Translations under genes and position numbers: made by a program | Assembly: GCA_012295275.1 (NCBI GenBank) | Contig: CM022679.1 | Location: 15,314,001 to 15,378,000, forward strand | Reading direction: 5' to 3' | Length of the DNA stretch: 64,000 nucleotides | From: Chrysomallon squamiferum | Lineage: Eukaryota > Animalia > Mollusca | The notes under the pieces: model-generated | The model's input: the letters and a program-made list of their open reading frames with translations, nothing else | Told to the model about the DNA's origin: nothing | Database searches by the model: none | Shown here: positions 13,530-26,588 of the stretch, piece by piece | How positions within the stretch are numbered: the stretch's first letter is position 1 | Layout of the letters: each line of letters starts with the position of its first letter

Positions 13530-14434
13530 TGTCGCGTCTTCACAAATTGGGGCAGGGATCGTTAATTACCACCTATACCATGTAAACAATGCCATGAAAA
13601 AGTGAAATAAGTAAAAAATATGTCAGTTACTTGAATGATATTTAGTTTTTATTATTATTTAGAAAGAAAACAATATTTTTACTGTTATTGCTCAGTGATA
13701 AAATCGTGATTACTGGCCCTGGAAGTGTTCATACTTCTACAAGTAGAGGTGGCCTTTGTTACCAAACATAGTAATTACATAAACTATTATTTTTCAGTGT
13801 AAAAACACTCAGAATATATTAGCTTTAAGTTGTTAGAGTAGTCCATTTAACTTTCTCTACCAGATAAACGTATTTTTCCTTTTTACTAACTTTGGCAGAA
13901 ATGACACGCGGATAATTAATTATTTTATTATGAATTATTTGTAACAAAAGGTTTATTTTAAATATTAATACAATATCAAGAAAAAGGCATTGACTGGTCT
14001 AAGTTTAAGTGAGAAGTATCATGTAAACCAAAGTATAATGGTAGTGAAGGTTGCTGATTTTTCTTAACAATGGTAACAGCTATAAAATAAATAAACCGTA
14101 TCGAATTTATTTATTTCTAATAAAGGTATGTGTATTCATATTATCAGAATATTATAACAATGCTTATATCGTTAAGTTGTCCAGATTTGATCAAGATCTA
14201 TCCATGGTAACCAAAGTAAATACACCAAAATAAACCGAACACTTTGAAAGCCATTTTCTGCGTTTTACAGTTTTTACCCACAAAGCGTTTATCACGCCGT
14301 AGCTCCCGTTATAACTGATGGATCATCCATTAGGATGTATCATAATAAAACAGAAATGCTGCTCTTTCAAGTGGTACTAATAACTCGTTTTTGAATTTTT
14401 CCGACAAACGACTCATTTTTGTGAAAAGGTAACA
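13530..14434. mobile_element. Possible non-autonomous DNA element with weak terminal inverted repeats
   Basis: Left end TGTCGCGTCTTCACAAA vs reverse complement of the right end TGTTACCTTTTCACAAA, in TA-rich flanks. The left ~570 bp is missing in the duplicated copy. Confidence 0.3.
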
Positions 14435-14772
14435 TATATATATATAAATATATATGGGTGAGGCTGGAGATCGTGGGTCAAAGGTCACTCAAAAGCTAAT
14501 TATTTTCTGACCTCACCGACTGCTTGTTCTATTCAGTCACAATGTAAATATCTGATAATCTGTGTATGTGTGTGTGTCTGTGTATACATTATCTATAAGG
14601 TAATCAACAACAAAAAACAAATACAGGTGTGTGAAATTCGATTTGAATTTAATTTTTACTCAAAATTAATCTGCAGCCGAAACTACATTAAGCGTTTGTG
14701 TGTTATTGTCCCATGGTGTGCAGGCAGATTCCTCAGTCACCTCGTCATCAGGTTGTTGCTGATGACGTCAAT

Positions 14773-14952
14773 TTATGATTTTGGTGCCTGGAATTTTGGG
14801 TTGTTTGGATTCAGCTGCTGGCCATGGTTGTCCAGGTCAGGTTTAGTGCCAGTCCCGCTGTAACCTGTCTGATGCCCCTTGTATTCAGGGTTGTTAGGAT
14901 TGCATTGGTTAGCTTTGTTGTCAAGATTAGCCTTTTCTCCACGACCAGACAT
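14773..14952 (-). CDS. Uncharacterised 59-aa Asn/Gln/Pro/Gly-rich repeat micro-protein, copy A (2 repeat units)
   Basis: Translated by hand because it is below the ORF-track cutoff: MSGRGEKANLDNKANQCNPNNPEYKGHQTGYSGTGTKPDLDNHGQQLNPNNPKFQAPKS*. A CAG acceptor lies 4 nt before the ATG (AG-AAAA-ATG), an upstream non-coding exon has a donor at 15843, and ATTAAA sits at 14648-14653 (-). An intact paralog lies at 25224-25493. Confidence 0.8.
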   Translation of the reverse strand: MSGRGEKANLDNKANQCNPNNPEYKGHQTGYSGTGTKPDLDNHGQQLNPNNPKFQAPKS

Positions 14953-14958
14953 TTTTCT

Positions 14959-15009
<51 letters not shown>

Positions 15010-15842
15010 TGAGTTTTATTTTAAGACAGATATGTGAACTGCTCGAAAAATAATAAATAATATAAATAAAACAAAGAACAATAAAAATAACTTTTTTATT
15101 TCATCGTAAATTTGAGGAAGACATCTACAAACAAAACTAACAGAAAAGCGTTTGCAGACATCGCATTCATCTTAAAGGTAATAAAAGCTGAATGGAACTC
15201 CAACCTCTATGTGGTGCGTGTGCACTGGCGGGATTAAGCTGGTTCGAACCGGTTTGAACGAAGCGTTTCTTGGAATTTCATAACCGATATAACACATAAT
15301 ATATATTTATGTACAGAGATACACCTTGACATTACACAATCCTTAACTGTTTATCTTCAGCGTTATTGTAATGATGCTTTAACCACTGTTTTAGACATTT
15401 TTTTTTTAAGTTTTCGACAATAACTTTAATTAACAATTTCACTTGGTTGACTGTAGCATGTAGCTGCCTGAAATACTGTTACTTAGAAAACCTATTAAAT
15501 GTTTTGAACCCTACACCTGCTGATTGATTTAACTTCTATGTAAATTTTTATTATTATTACTGTTATTAAATTGTTAAAGAAAATAATAATAAAAATATAT
15601 ATATAATTAAAATTTATTTTATTATTTTTTCTTTCACCCCTCTGTTTCACTTTAACTTTTTAAAATTTCCCCAAAATCTATTTCTATATTAATTTACCGA
15701 AGAAAATAATAATAATCAATCAATTTTAAAAGAAGAAACAACAACAACAACAACAACAGCATTAATAATGATAAGAGTAGAGTCACACCAGTATTAATAA
15801 ATATTTCAAAAAGTAATAATTACATTTTTTAAAAACACTTAC

Positions 15843-15973
15843 CTTGGCTGAGTTAACAATAGACTGTGTGTATCTAAACAATTCTAGACGGTAAGGGATC
15901 TGAATTAAGTAGCGGGCTGTCTGCCTTTTTATGCTCCCAATTCATCGAATGGAAATTTCCGCATATCATGTGA
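15843..15973 (-). promoter_or_regulatory. Core promoter and non-coding first exon of micro-protein copy A
   Basis: In transcription order: TCATGTGA E-box (15966-15973), GGAAATTTCC kappaB-type palindrome (15951-15960), CATAAAAAG TATA-like box (15933-15925), Inr-like TTCAGAT near 15903, and donor AAG|GTAAGT at 15843/15842. Confidence 0.65.
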
Positions 15974-16568
15974 TCTACTGAGTCCGTATTTGGAAGAAGA
16001 TAGATAATGTTCGTGGAAAACAGATTGGTGACAAATTATATTTTCGTATCAATAAAATAAACGAATTAAAAAAAAAAAAAAAAAAAATTAATTTAAAGGT
16101 CTACTTAAAACTACTTAAATTATATTTTATATATATATATATACAGAAATAAAATATTTTTCTTGAAGTAATTTCAAACAGACACACAAACACACACACA
16201 CATTTTGGTTTGTATAAGGCCAAAATGCAATGTCCTTTTTCTAACAAGAACTAGTGTATTCAGTGTAAAATCATACATAATTACCTTTCTTTTATTTCAT
16301 TTTGAACGTGATCTTATCCAAATAAACTGTTAAGAATAAAATATACAGTATGCTGAATATTTTTGTCATATATTTTTGAGAGAGAGAGAGAGAGAGTCAA
16401 GTCAAGTCAGAAAAAACCTCTCAGTTTGCTTAGACTGTTTGACATCTAGGGTCCTCAGATGTCGCCGTTCACAGCAGTTTCAGAAGGAAAGGAATTAACC
16501 CAGTTTCCTGTAACACTGGGAGCTAAGTGTAGGCAAGATTCTGTCGTTGTGCATGATTATGAAAATAA

Positions 16569-16623
<55 letters not shown>

Positions 16624-17910
16624 TACAACAGACATGTTTATTAGTTACTACAATAGTTACTATTTACTGCAGATTACCACTACTACTATTACTACTACTG
16701 CTGCTACTGCAATTAGAGCTGTTTCCAAGAATCGTATTATTGCAGTGTATTTTTAAATTTCAAGTTAGTCTATTTTCACTTTACTCTGTTGAACTGCGCA
16801 TATCCTTAACCTTGAAATATCGGCTGTGTTTGTGGAAAATTCCATTTAGTGTTAGAGGGATATGTTCTTAATGCATGTGTGACTAATATACCTGTGATTT
16901 CCAGTCAGTCTACTTTCCCTTTACCGTGTCAGGTACGCATCAGCTTTACCTGGAAATGTCATTTAGTTCTAGAGGGATATAGTAAGGGTATAGTCTTAAT
17001 GCGATTACGACTACAATAGAGAAATATTGACGTTTAACTTACGTTCACAATCAAAGAGACACAACTAAAACACAGCACAAACGGAAACATAACAGAACAA
17101 ATGCTCTTGCCTTGGAAATGAGATAAATATCTATGTTTATCCACTAGAAATAAGGTTAAAACATTGTCACGCAGTCGCACATTATTTACAAAAAACTTCA
17201 CCATGCCACACTGCTTCGTGTCAGTATCAGTTTGCCCAGTCTACACCCAGATACTTGCCGAACATTAGCATATTCTCTGCCCTAATAATTATTATTTTCG
17301 CGCTAGTCATTCAGTTGCGTCCTGAAGTCGTGTCCGCTTCCAGGTTAGGTACAATGGAGGTTCTCAGTGTTCACTTTCAGACAGCCTATATACTACTTGC
17401 TAGTGTACAGTTCTGTGTACGTACATATTACGAACAAACGGATTTTTTATTTTATAAATCGATTATACGTGGCCCATAAACTGAACATAGCCAGTTACGA
17501 AATGCTGTGCATGGATGATAATCATCTGAACAGATTTATGACAGTTTCTAATCAAAGAAGCAACACAATAAGAAAAAAAATGTAAAAAAAAACGTAAGAA
17601 ATGGGACTTTGGTATAATTAATGACAACTTTCAAAGTTTAATGCTGTCAAAAATATGGATGGGTAAATAATAAAATACGTTTAGAACTTCAGAGCTGACT
17701 TTAAAAATTGTGATTCGTGAAGTGATGTTGAATAAAATGGTGACCGGAATTAACCGGAACATTGTGAAACAACGGATGTCGAAGGGTGAATATGTTGGTA
17801 ATATGTTAAGTCAATATTTATTATCAGCGAACTCGAAATGACATCAAATTTTTCTTGTAATTTCTTAAAAATAAATTTAATGCCGACTGGGTCGTAGTTG
17901 AAATCTATTC

Positions 17911-18699
17911 TAACACAGCAACGGTACACTTTTTTTTTTTTAAATGCTTTTTCAGCCTTGTTCTATTATTAACAAAATTCCAATGTCAAATGAATCTTCA
18001 GTTTTTGAATTAATATCTTGAGTATTGTTGTTATTTATTTATTTTGTTAAATATTATTATTAAAAAATAACAGCCATATATTATATTTTGTTTCTGTTTA
18101 ATTAATAAATTAAATAAATAAATTAAGTACTGTGATTTGATTGTTTCTGTATCACACCTTGTTGGATGGGAATACTTTATTAGATAATTAGAGTTGTAAT
18201 CAGAAACTGATTTCAGCACTGATATGGTGGCAAAGAAAATTCGTTTTTAAAAGTATTTCTACTTGTGATCCTAATTTCATATTGATATTTTAAAAACCCC
18301 AAAAGAAATGAAGTAAATAAAGAAAACATGACCACCCACACACCAACAACAACACACAAATTAATATTAGTTGTAAGATATTTTTAATATAATCAGTAAA
18401 GAAAGCAATGGCATTTATGCTTTTTGTCTATCTTGACATGAGCACACACTTCTTTAATAATTAAAATACATAAAATTGTTTTCTTTACTGATTTTTATTT
18501 CTTTTGCCTCTGAAAGCAATCTCTCAGATTCTGAACATACAAGTTAATGATTAATCTCATTATTTTAAAATCCAAAATCTACAGAATAATTTATACTACA
18601 TTCTTATTGTTTTAGTATTTCATATGAATTAAGTAAATGTATTAAATAACTTTAATTCATTTAAAGTATTATTAAGGATTAATCAACTATGTATGTATA

Positions 18700-18744
<45 letters not shown>

Positions 18745-19387
18745 TTTCTGCATGTGTGTGTATATGTATTAGCATTATTATTATTCAAAATGGTTAAACA
18801 ATAAGTACAACCCCTAACCATTTGAATCATGGCCTTAAATATTTTACTTAATTTTTATGACTGTTTCTATATGAAAATGTGTTGAAGTATGTTGATAAAT
18901 AAATATATATTGTTTTTTCCCTTCAGTGGGACCAGCCATCCATGGTTTTGGTGATTTATGATGTCACAAGTGAAACTTCATTCTCCAGTTGTGTTAAATG
19001 GCTAGAAAGAGTCCGATCTCAAAAACCAGATGTTCAGATGCCAGGTACTGAGAACTTTTAAAAACAATTTTTACTCGAAAGTTGCTTATTTAAAAAAATA
19101 ACTCACATGGATGGATGACAAATTTTACTGGATTAGAGTGTTTTATTTTTATTAATGTAGTTTAAGTCTCTTGGATTTTATTTTCATCTTTATTGTTTTT
19201 GAGAGCTTTTTAAGTTTGAAAAATAAAATAAACTTAAATTATACTTCGTATTCTGTAATTATTATCATGATTGTCTTAAGAGAGTGATTGTATATTTTTA
19301 ATATTAAGGTGTTCTGTTGGCAAACAAAATTGATTTGGATCAGAGAAGAACAGTGAGCCCCAAAGCTGGAAAGATTTGGTCATGTCA
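17911..19387 (+). pseudogene. IFT27: Direct partial IFT27 duplicate (intron 3 part, exon 4 deleted, exon 5, truncated exon 6)
   Basis: Matches 7851-10561 with deletions. The exon 5 copy at 18927-19044 is 117/118 identical. The exon 6 copy at 19309-19387 has a 1-nt deletion (GGCAAAG to GGAAAG) and is cut off. Exons 1-4 are absent. Confidence 0.9.
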
Positions 19388-19398
19388 GAGAGTATATT

Positions 19399-22367
19399 AA
19401 GTCTCCAACATTGATTCTTACCCTAACGTTACTTCCAATCGTGACCCATAAATTATTTGGCACATTATCATAATAAAATTTAAGTAACCCTAACTCTAAC
19501 CCTAACTCTAATCAAGTCGTTCCATTTAATTCTAATGCTAACACTAGTACTAACCCTCATAATGAAACTGTTTTGCAGATTATCATCAAATTCACAATAA
19601 ATTTTAAATAACTCTAAGCCTAATCCTAACCCTAACCCTCACCCTCACCGTGACCCTAGACCCCAGACACTATCCCTAACTTAATCCTAACCCTAACCAT
19701 AGGTCAACTTCTAAACCTAATCCAATCCAAGTCTGCAACATTAATTCTTATCCTAACGCTACTTCCAATCCTGACCCTCAAATTATTTTCCACATTATCT
19801 TAACACTCGTAATAAAATTTAAAATAACCCTAACCCTAACCCTAACCCAACCCAGACTCTATCTTTAACTCTAAACCTAATGTAACGACGTCGTTAAACC
19901 TAATTTTAATGCTAACACTAGTACTAACCCTGATGGAAAAACTTTTGCTGATTATCATAAGACTCATAATAAACTTTAAATAACACTCATTTTAATACTA
20001 CCCCTATCCCTACCCCTACCACTAACTCTAACCCTAACCCTAACCCTTACCCCGACCCTATCCCTAACTCTAGCCCTAACCTAATGAAGTGATTAAACTT
20101 AATTCTAATGCTAACACTAGTACTAATCCTGATAATAAAACTGTTTTGCTGATTATCATAACACTCATAATAAACTTTAAATAACCCTAACCCAGACTCT
20201 GTCTCTAAGACTAAATCTAACCCGAACGAAGTGGTTAAACTTAATTCTAATGCTAACACTAGTACTAACAATGATAATAAAACTGTTTTGCATATTACCA
20301 TAATGCTCATAATAAACTTTAAATAACACTCACCCTAACCCTAACCCAAGGTCAACTTCTAAACCTAAACCTACCCAAGTCTGCAACATTAATTCTTACC
20401 CTAACGCTACTTCCAATCGTGACCAATAAATTATTTTGCACATTATCTTAACACTCATGATAAAATTTAAATAATCATAACTCTAACCCTAACCTTAACC
20501 CTAACCCTAACCCTAACCCTAACCTTAACCTTAACCCTACACCTAACCCTAGCTTAATCTCTAAATGCAATCCTACCGATGTCCCCAACATTAATTGTCA
20601 ACCTAAAACTACTTCCAATGCCGAGATTCTATCCCTAACTCTAGTCCTAACCTAACGAAGTTGTTAAACTTAATTCTAATGTTAACTCTAGTACTAATCC
20701 TGATAATAAAACTGTTTTGCCGATTATCAGGAATCATTATAAACTTTAAATAACAAACACCCTAACCTAACCGTAACCGTAACCGTAACCTAACCCAGAC
20801 TATATCTGTAGTTCTAGCACGACTAATGCTAACACAGTACTAACGCTGATAATAAAACTTTGGAAGATTATCAAAAGCCTCATAATAAACTTTAAATATC
20901 ACTCAGCCTAACCCTAACTCTTGCTAACTTCTAAATCTAGTCCTACCCAAGTCCCCAACATTACCCTAACGCTACTTCCAGTTATGATTCTCATATTATT
21001 TTGCACATTATCATAACAGTCATGATAAAATTTAAATAACCCTAACTCTAACCCTAAACCTAACCCTAATTCTCAACCCAGAATCTATCACTAACTCTAA
21101 ACCTAATGTAAAGATATCGTTAATGGTAACTCTAGTACTAACCCTGATAGAAAAACTGTTTCGCCGATTATCATAAGACTCATAATAAACGTTAAATAAT
21201 ACTCAACTTAATCCTAACCCTAACCATAGGTCAACTTCTAAACCTAATCCAATCCAAGTCTGCAACATTAATTCTTATCCTAACGCTACTTCCAATCCTG
21301 ACCCTCAAATTATTTTCCACATTATCTTAACACTCGTAATAAAATTTAAATAACCCTAACCCTAACCCTAACCCAACCCAGACTCTATCTTTAACTCTAA
21401 ACCTAATGTAACGACGTCGTTAAACCTAATTCTAATGCTAACACTAGTACTAACCCTGATAGAAAAACTGATTTGCCGATTATCATAAAACATAATAAAC
21501 TTTAAATAACACTCAATTTAACTCTACCCTTACCCCTACCCCTACCCCTACCACTAACTCTAACTCTAACCCTAATACTTATCCTAACCCAGACTATATC
21601 AGTAACTCTAAACCTAACCTAACGAAGTCGTTAAATTAAATTCTAATGCTAACACTAGTAGTAACCTTGATAATAAAACTGTGTTGCACATTATCATAAG
21701 ACTCGTAATAAATTTTAAATAACACTCACACTAACCTTAACCCTGACCCTAACCCTAGGTCAGCTTCTAAACCTAATCGTACCAAAGTCTGCAACATTAG
21801 TTCTTATCCTAAGGATACTTCCAATCGTGATCCTCAAATTATTTTTCACTTTACAATAACAGTCATAATAAAATTTAAATAACCCTAACTCTAACCCTAA
21901 ACCTAACCTTAACCCTAAGACTAACCCTAGCTCAACTTCTAAACCTAATCGTACCGAAGTTCCCAACATGAAGTCATCCTAACGATACTTCCAATCTGAC
22001 CCTCAAGTTCTTTTGCACATGATCATAACACTCATAATAAAATTTAAATAACCATAACTCTAACCCTATCCCTAAGCCTAATCCTAACCCAGACTCTGTC
22101 CCTAATTCTAAATCTAACCCTAACCCTAAGTGGTTAAACCTAACTGTAATGCTAACACTAGTACTAACCCAAATAATAAAAATGTGTTGCACATTATCAT
22201 AAGACTCGTAATAAAATTTTAAATAACACTCACCCTAACCTTAACCCTGACCCTAACCCTAGATCAACTTCTAAACCTAATCGTACGCAAGTCTCCAACA
22301 TTAATTCTTACCCTAAGCTACTTCCAACCGTGACCCATAAATTATTTTGCACATCATCATAACACTC
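19399..22367. repeat. Telomere-like (CCCTAA-derived) complex satellite, ~3 kb
   Basis: Runs of CCCTAA/CTCTAA/CCTTAA/CCCTAC are interleaved with two related longer units (CCAAGTCTGCAACATTAATTCTTACCCTAACGCTACTTCCAATCGTGACC... and CCAGACTCTATCCCTAACTCTAAACCTAA...CTAGTACTAACCCTGATAATAAAACTG...). The C-rich strand is on + throughout. The block at 19681 recurs almost identically at 21208. Confidence 0.9.
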
Positions 22368-22369
22368 CT

Positions 22370-23981
22370 AAATAAAAACAAAAATTAGCGTAAATTAATA
22401 AATAAGTAACTATTCAGTTCCTATGAAAGAGATTTAAAAAGTATCACTCTCTCTTGATACATTTTTTTAAATTCATCGGCCATATAGTAAACTGCTGTGT
22501 CAGCATTCTGGATTTCTTTCTGAAATGAAATATATATATATATATATATATAAATGAATAAATAAATAATAATCAATTTAAAAAGAATCAAACAAATAAT
22601 ATAATAAAAAGGAAAATGTGTATTGTCAACGATTCTGATAAAGAGAATATTTCTCAAATATTTAATATTCAATTAGTAACATTTTAAACTGTATAATAAT
22701 AATAATAAGAAGAAGAAGAAGAAGAAGAAGAAGAATTGCCAATGTGTTTTTTTTATGTTTTTGTGGACACAAAACAGTAATAAAATAACAGTGACATGAA
22801 AAAGATTTTATTTTTTTCATTTTTTAATTTATTTTTTTACATGTAATCATATAAGTTTGATAGTTTTTTTTATTTTGTTGGCGTTTTTCAAAAATTAAAA
22901 AGGGAGGAACACAAATTATCGCCAAAGACTGAGTAAATTATAGCAAAGTTGAACAACTGCACTATTAGATATATTTTAATTTTCATACTCATACTGTTAG
23001 TTAATATACTTTTTTTCTGAACATCCAAACTTTAAACTAACACTCAGTTCTGAACTCTCCAAATACTTCAGATTTTTTATTTTTATACTCAGACTAGGTA
23101 CGCAAAATAATCTGAAGAACCTTGAAAATAGTTTATATTTCTAAATTTTATACTGACATTGTTATGTAACATAATTACTAAACACTGAAAATAGTTCATA
23201 ATTTTTTTAATACTCAAACTAGTTATGTAATATAATTACAGATAAACACTCAAAATACTTGAGATATTAAAATTTTACACTCACTGTTACTTAATTTACT
23301 CACAGCTCAGATATTAAAATTTTACTCACTGAATATACTCACAGATAAACACTCAAAATACTTGAGATATTAAAATTTTACACTCACTGTTACTGAATAT
23401 ACTCACAGATAAACACTCAAAAGACTTCAGATATTAAAATTTTGCACTCAATGTTACTTAATATACTCACAGATAAACACTCAAAATACTTCAGATATTA
23501 AAATTTTACGCTCACTGTTACTTAATATACTCACAGATAAACACTCAAAATACTTGAGATATTAAAATTTTACACTCACTGTTACTGAATATACTCACAG
23601 ATAAACACTCAAAAGACTTCAGATATTAAAATTTTGCACTCAATGTTACTTAATATAGTCACAGATAAACACTCAAAAGACTTCAGATATTAAAATTTTA
23701 CGCTCACTGTTACTTAATGTACTTACTGCTGAACATTCAAAATACTCCAGATTTTGTGACATGGCCAAATCTTTGCAAGCTTTTGGGCTCACTGTTCTTC
23801 TCTGATCCAAATCAATTTTGTTTGCCAACAGAACATCTTAATATTAAAAATATACAATCATGCTCTTGAACAGATTCACAATGTCTTAAAACAATCATGA
23901 TAATAATTAAAGAATATAAAGGAGAATTTTTATTTATCTTATTTATATTTTCCAAAATAATAATAATAACAAAAATAACAA

Positions 23982-24032
<51 letters not shown>

Positions 24033-24123
24033 AAAATTAAAATGTATTTTTTCAATAAAAGCAGAAATTTAAATTAAATTGAAATGACAGTAAAGCGAAT
24101 TATAAATATAAAGAAAAATAACA
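22370..24123 (-). pseudogene. IFT27: Inverted partial IFT27 duplicate (intron 5 part, exon 6, intron 6, exon 7, start of 3' UTR)
   Basis: Exon 6 copy at 23836-23727 and exon 7 copy at 22519-22421 (KEIQNADTAVYYMADEFKKMYQERVILFKSLS*). Splice sites are intact; exons 1-5 are absent on this strand. Confidence 0.9.
23240..23722. repeat. Expanded 64-bp minisatellite (~7-8 units) in the inverted IFT27 intron 6 copy
   Basis: Reverse complement of the unit at 10595-10795 (ACAGATAAACACTCAAAATACTTCAGATATTAAAATTTTACACTCACTGTTACTTAATATACTC), tandemly repeated. Confidence 0.85.
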
Positions 24124-24501
24124 ATTTTCAAAAAATTGTGTTTAGAGAGAAGGAGAAAAAAAAGAGTCTGAACATTTATTATGTTCACAATACATCCTCT
24201 GGACATTTTAAATTCAACTCGTCATCAAGATATATTTTTGTTAATCACTGAGATGTTTTCTTTCTACAAACGGATATAATGTAATAAAGTTTTAAAATCT
24301 ATATCAATTTTGTGGTTTGTTTCTGTGTTTAGATTTAGGCTTTGGGCTACATATGCCCCAAACATCTCAACAAAACAATTTGTTTTTGTTCAAGCTTTGA
24401 GAACTCCTGAATACTGTCATCACTGTAAACTTTGCCATCTTTTGGTACAAGACCTACCCAGTCTTCAAAATACAATAACAAAACAATAACTTTTGTGTGT
24501 G

Positions 24502-24546
<45 letters not shown>

Positions 24547-25223
24547 AGACATACACATATATGGAATTTTGTTTTTTCTAATAAAGATATGTGTATTCAT
24601 ATTATCAGAATATTATAACAATGCTTATATCGTTAAGTTGTCCAGATTTGATCAAGATCTGTCCATGGTAACCAAGGTAAATACACCAAAATAAACCGAA
24701 CACTTTGAAAGCCATTTTCTGCGTTTTACAGTTTTTACCCACAAAGCGTTTATCTCGCCGTAGCTCCCGTTATAACTAATGGATCATCCATTAGGATGTA
24801 TCATAATAAAACAGAAATGCTGCTCTTTCAAGTGGTACTAATAACTCGTTTTTGAATTTTTCCAACAAACGACTCATTTTTGTGAAAAGGTAAAATATAT
24901 ATGGGTGAGGCTGGAGATCGTGTGTCAAAGGTCACTCAAAAGCTAATTATTTTCTGACCTCACTGACTGCTTGTTCTATTCAGTCACAATGTAAATATCT
25001 GATAATCTGGGTGAAGACGTGTATATGTATGTATGCATTATCTATAAGGTAATCAATATAACAAAAAACAAACACAGGTGTGTGAAATTCGATTTGAATT
25101 TAATTTTTACTCAAAATTAACCTGCAGCCGAAACTACATTAAGCGTTTGTGTGTTATTGTCCCATGGTGTGCAGGCAGATTCCTCAGTCACCTCGTCATC
25201 AGGTTGTTGCTGATGACGTCAAT

Positions 25224-25493
25224 TTATGATTTTGGTGCCTGGTATTTGGGGTCCTTTGGATTCTTCTGGTTGCCGTGGTTGTCGGGGGCAGGTTTTGCAT
25301 GATCTCCTTGGGAACCTGGCTGTTGCCCCTTGTATTCAGGGTGGTTTGGGTTCAGCTGGTTGCCATGGTTGTCCAGGTCAGGTTTAGTGCCAGTCCCGGT
25401 GTAACCTGGCTGATGCCCCTTGTATTCAGGGTTGTTAGGATTGCATTGGTTAGCTTTGTTGTCAAGGTTAGCCTTTTCTTCACGACCAGACAT
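25224..25493 (-). CDS. Uncharacterised 89-aa repeat micro-protein, copy B (3 repeat units)
   Basis: ORF MSGREE-KANLDNKANQCNPNNPEYKGHQPGYTGTGT-KPDLDNHGNQLNPNHPEYKGQQPGSQGDHA-KPAPDNHGNQKNPKDPKYQAPKS*. TAG acceptor 4 nt before the ATG, donor at 26589. Exactly 90 nt longer than copy A, with frame preserved. Confidence 0.8.
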   Translation of the reverse strand: MSGREEKANLDNKANQCNPNNPEYKGHQPGYTGTGTKPDLDNHGNQLNPNHPEYKGQQPGSQGDHAKPAPDNHGNQKNPKDPKYQAPKS

Positions 25494-26588
25494 TTTTCTA
25501 TAATAATAATAATAATAATAATAATATGAGTTTTATTTTAAGACAGATTGGGAAACTGATTACACATTTAAGAATTATTTAAATAAATAAAATGTGTGAA
25601 CAACAAAAATAATAAAAATAAAAATAAAACAAATAACAAAAAGAAAATGAGTTTTATTTCAAGTAAATTTGAGGAAGACATCTAGAAACAAAACTAACAG
25701 AAAATTTAAGAATCGCATTTAAATAAACCTAAAAAAGCTGAATGGAACTCCAAAAATAATAAAAATAAAAATAAAACAAAGGTTTGAAAAAATAATGAAA
25801 TTTCATAACCGATATAACACATAATATATATTTATGTACAGAGATACACCTTGACATTACACAATCATTAACTGTTTATCTTCAGTGTAATTGTAATGAT
25901 GTTTTAACCTCTGTTTTAGACATTTTCTTTTTTTTAAAGTTTTCGACAATAACTATAATTAACAATTTCACTTGGTTGACTGTAGCATGTAGCTGCCTGA
26001 AATACTGTTACTTAGAAAACCTATTAAATGTTTTGAACCCTACAATCTGATTGATTTAATTTCTATGTAAATTTTTATTATTATTATGTTACATTTTCTC
26101 GACATTATCTTGATTATTCAGCTTTTAACCAAATAAATAAAACAATTTCACTTGGTAGACTGTAGCATGTAGCAGTTACTGAGAAAACCTATGTGCGTAC
26201 TTATTATTATTACTGTTATTAAACTGTTAAATAAAAACATAGTAAAAAATATATATAATTAAAATTGATTTTGTTATTTTTTCTTTCATCCTGTTTCAGT
26301 TTGATTTTTTATAATTCTCAAAAAAAAAAAAAAAATAAAATAAAATAAAATAAAATAAAATAAAATAAAAATAAAAATAAAAATAAAATAAAATAAAATA
26401 AAATAAAATAAAATAAAATAAATAAATATTCTAATTCTATATTAATCTACCGAAGAAAATAATAACAATAAATAATTTTAAAAGAAGAAAAAACAACAAC
26501 AACAGCAATAATAATGAACACAGTTGAGTTATATCAATATTAATAAATATTTCAAAAAGTAATAATTAATTTTTTTAAAAACATTTAC

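Larger units (their letters stand above)
13127..16620. repeat. Segmental duplication unit, copy 1 (paralogous to ~24124-27640)
   Basis: Long near-identical runs, e.g. 13240-13470 vs 24250-24490, 14105-15040 vs 24565-25550, 15275-16050 vs 25800-26850 and 16420-16600 vs 27465-27620. Confidence 0.9.

Noticed and set aside
14570-15012. Plus-strand ORFs overlapping the micro-protein genes (also 25078-25302 and 25275-25529)
   Set aside because: Antisense shadows of the minus-strand gene, starting at non-ATG or repeat-derived codons and running into (ATA)n. The minus strand has the splice, promoter and polyA signals.
15225-15265. GGTTCGAACC B-box / palindrome in the micro-protein A intron as a Pol III gene
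   Set aside because: No cloverleaf or properly spaced A-box, and it is absent from copy B.
19399-22367. CRISPR-like array or coding ORFs (20047-20310, 21760-21969, 21974-22192; LGLGLELG...) in the satellite
   Set aside because: The intervening sequences are themselves repeats rather than unique spacers, there are no cas genes, and the context is eukaryotic. The ORFs are translations of the hexamer repeat.
19399-22367. Telomere-telomere fusion site
   Set aside because: A fusion needs a switch from TTAGGG to CCCTAA; the array keeps one polarity throughout.
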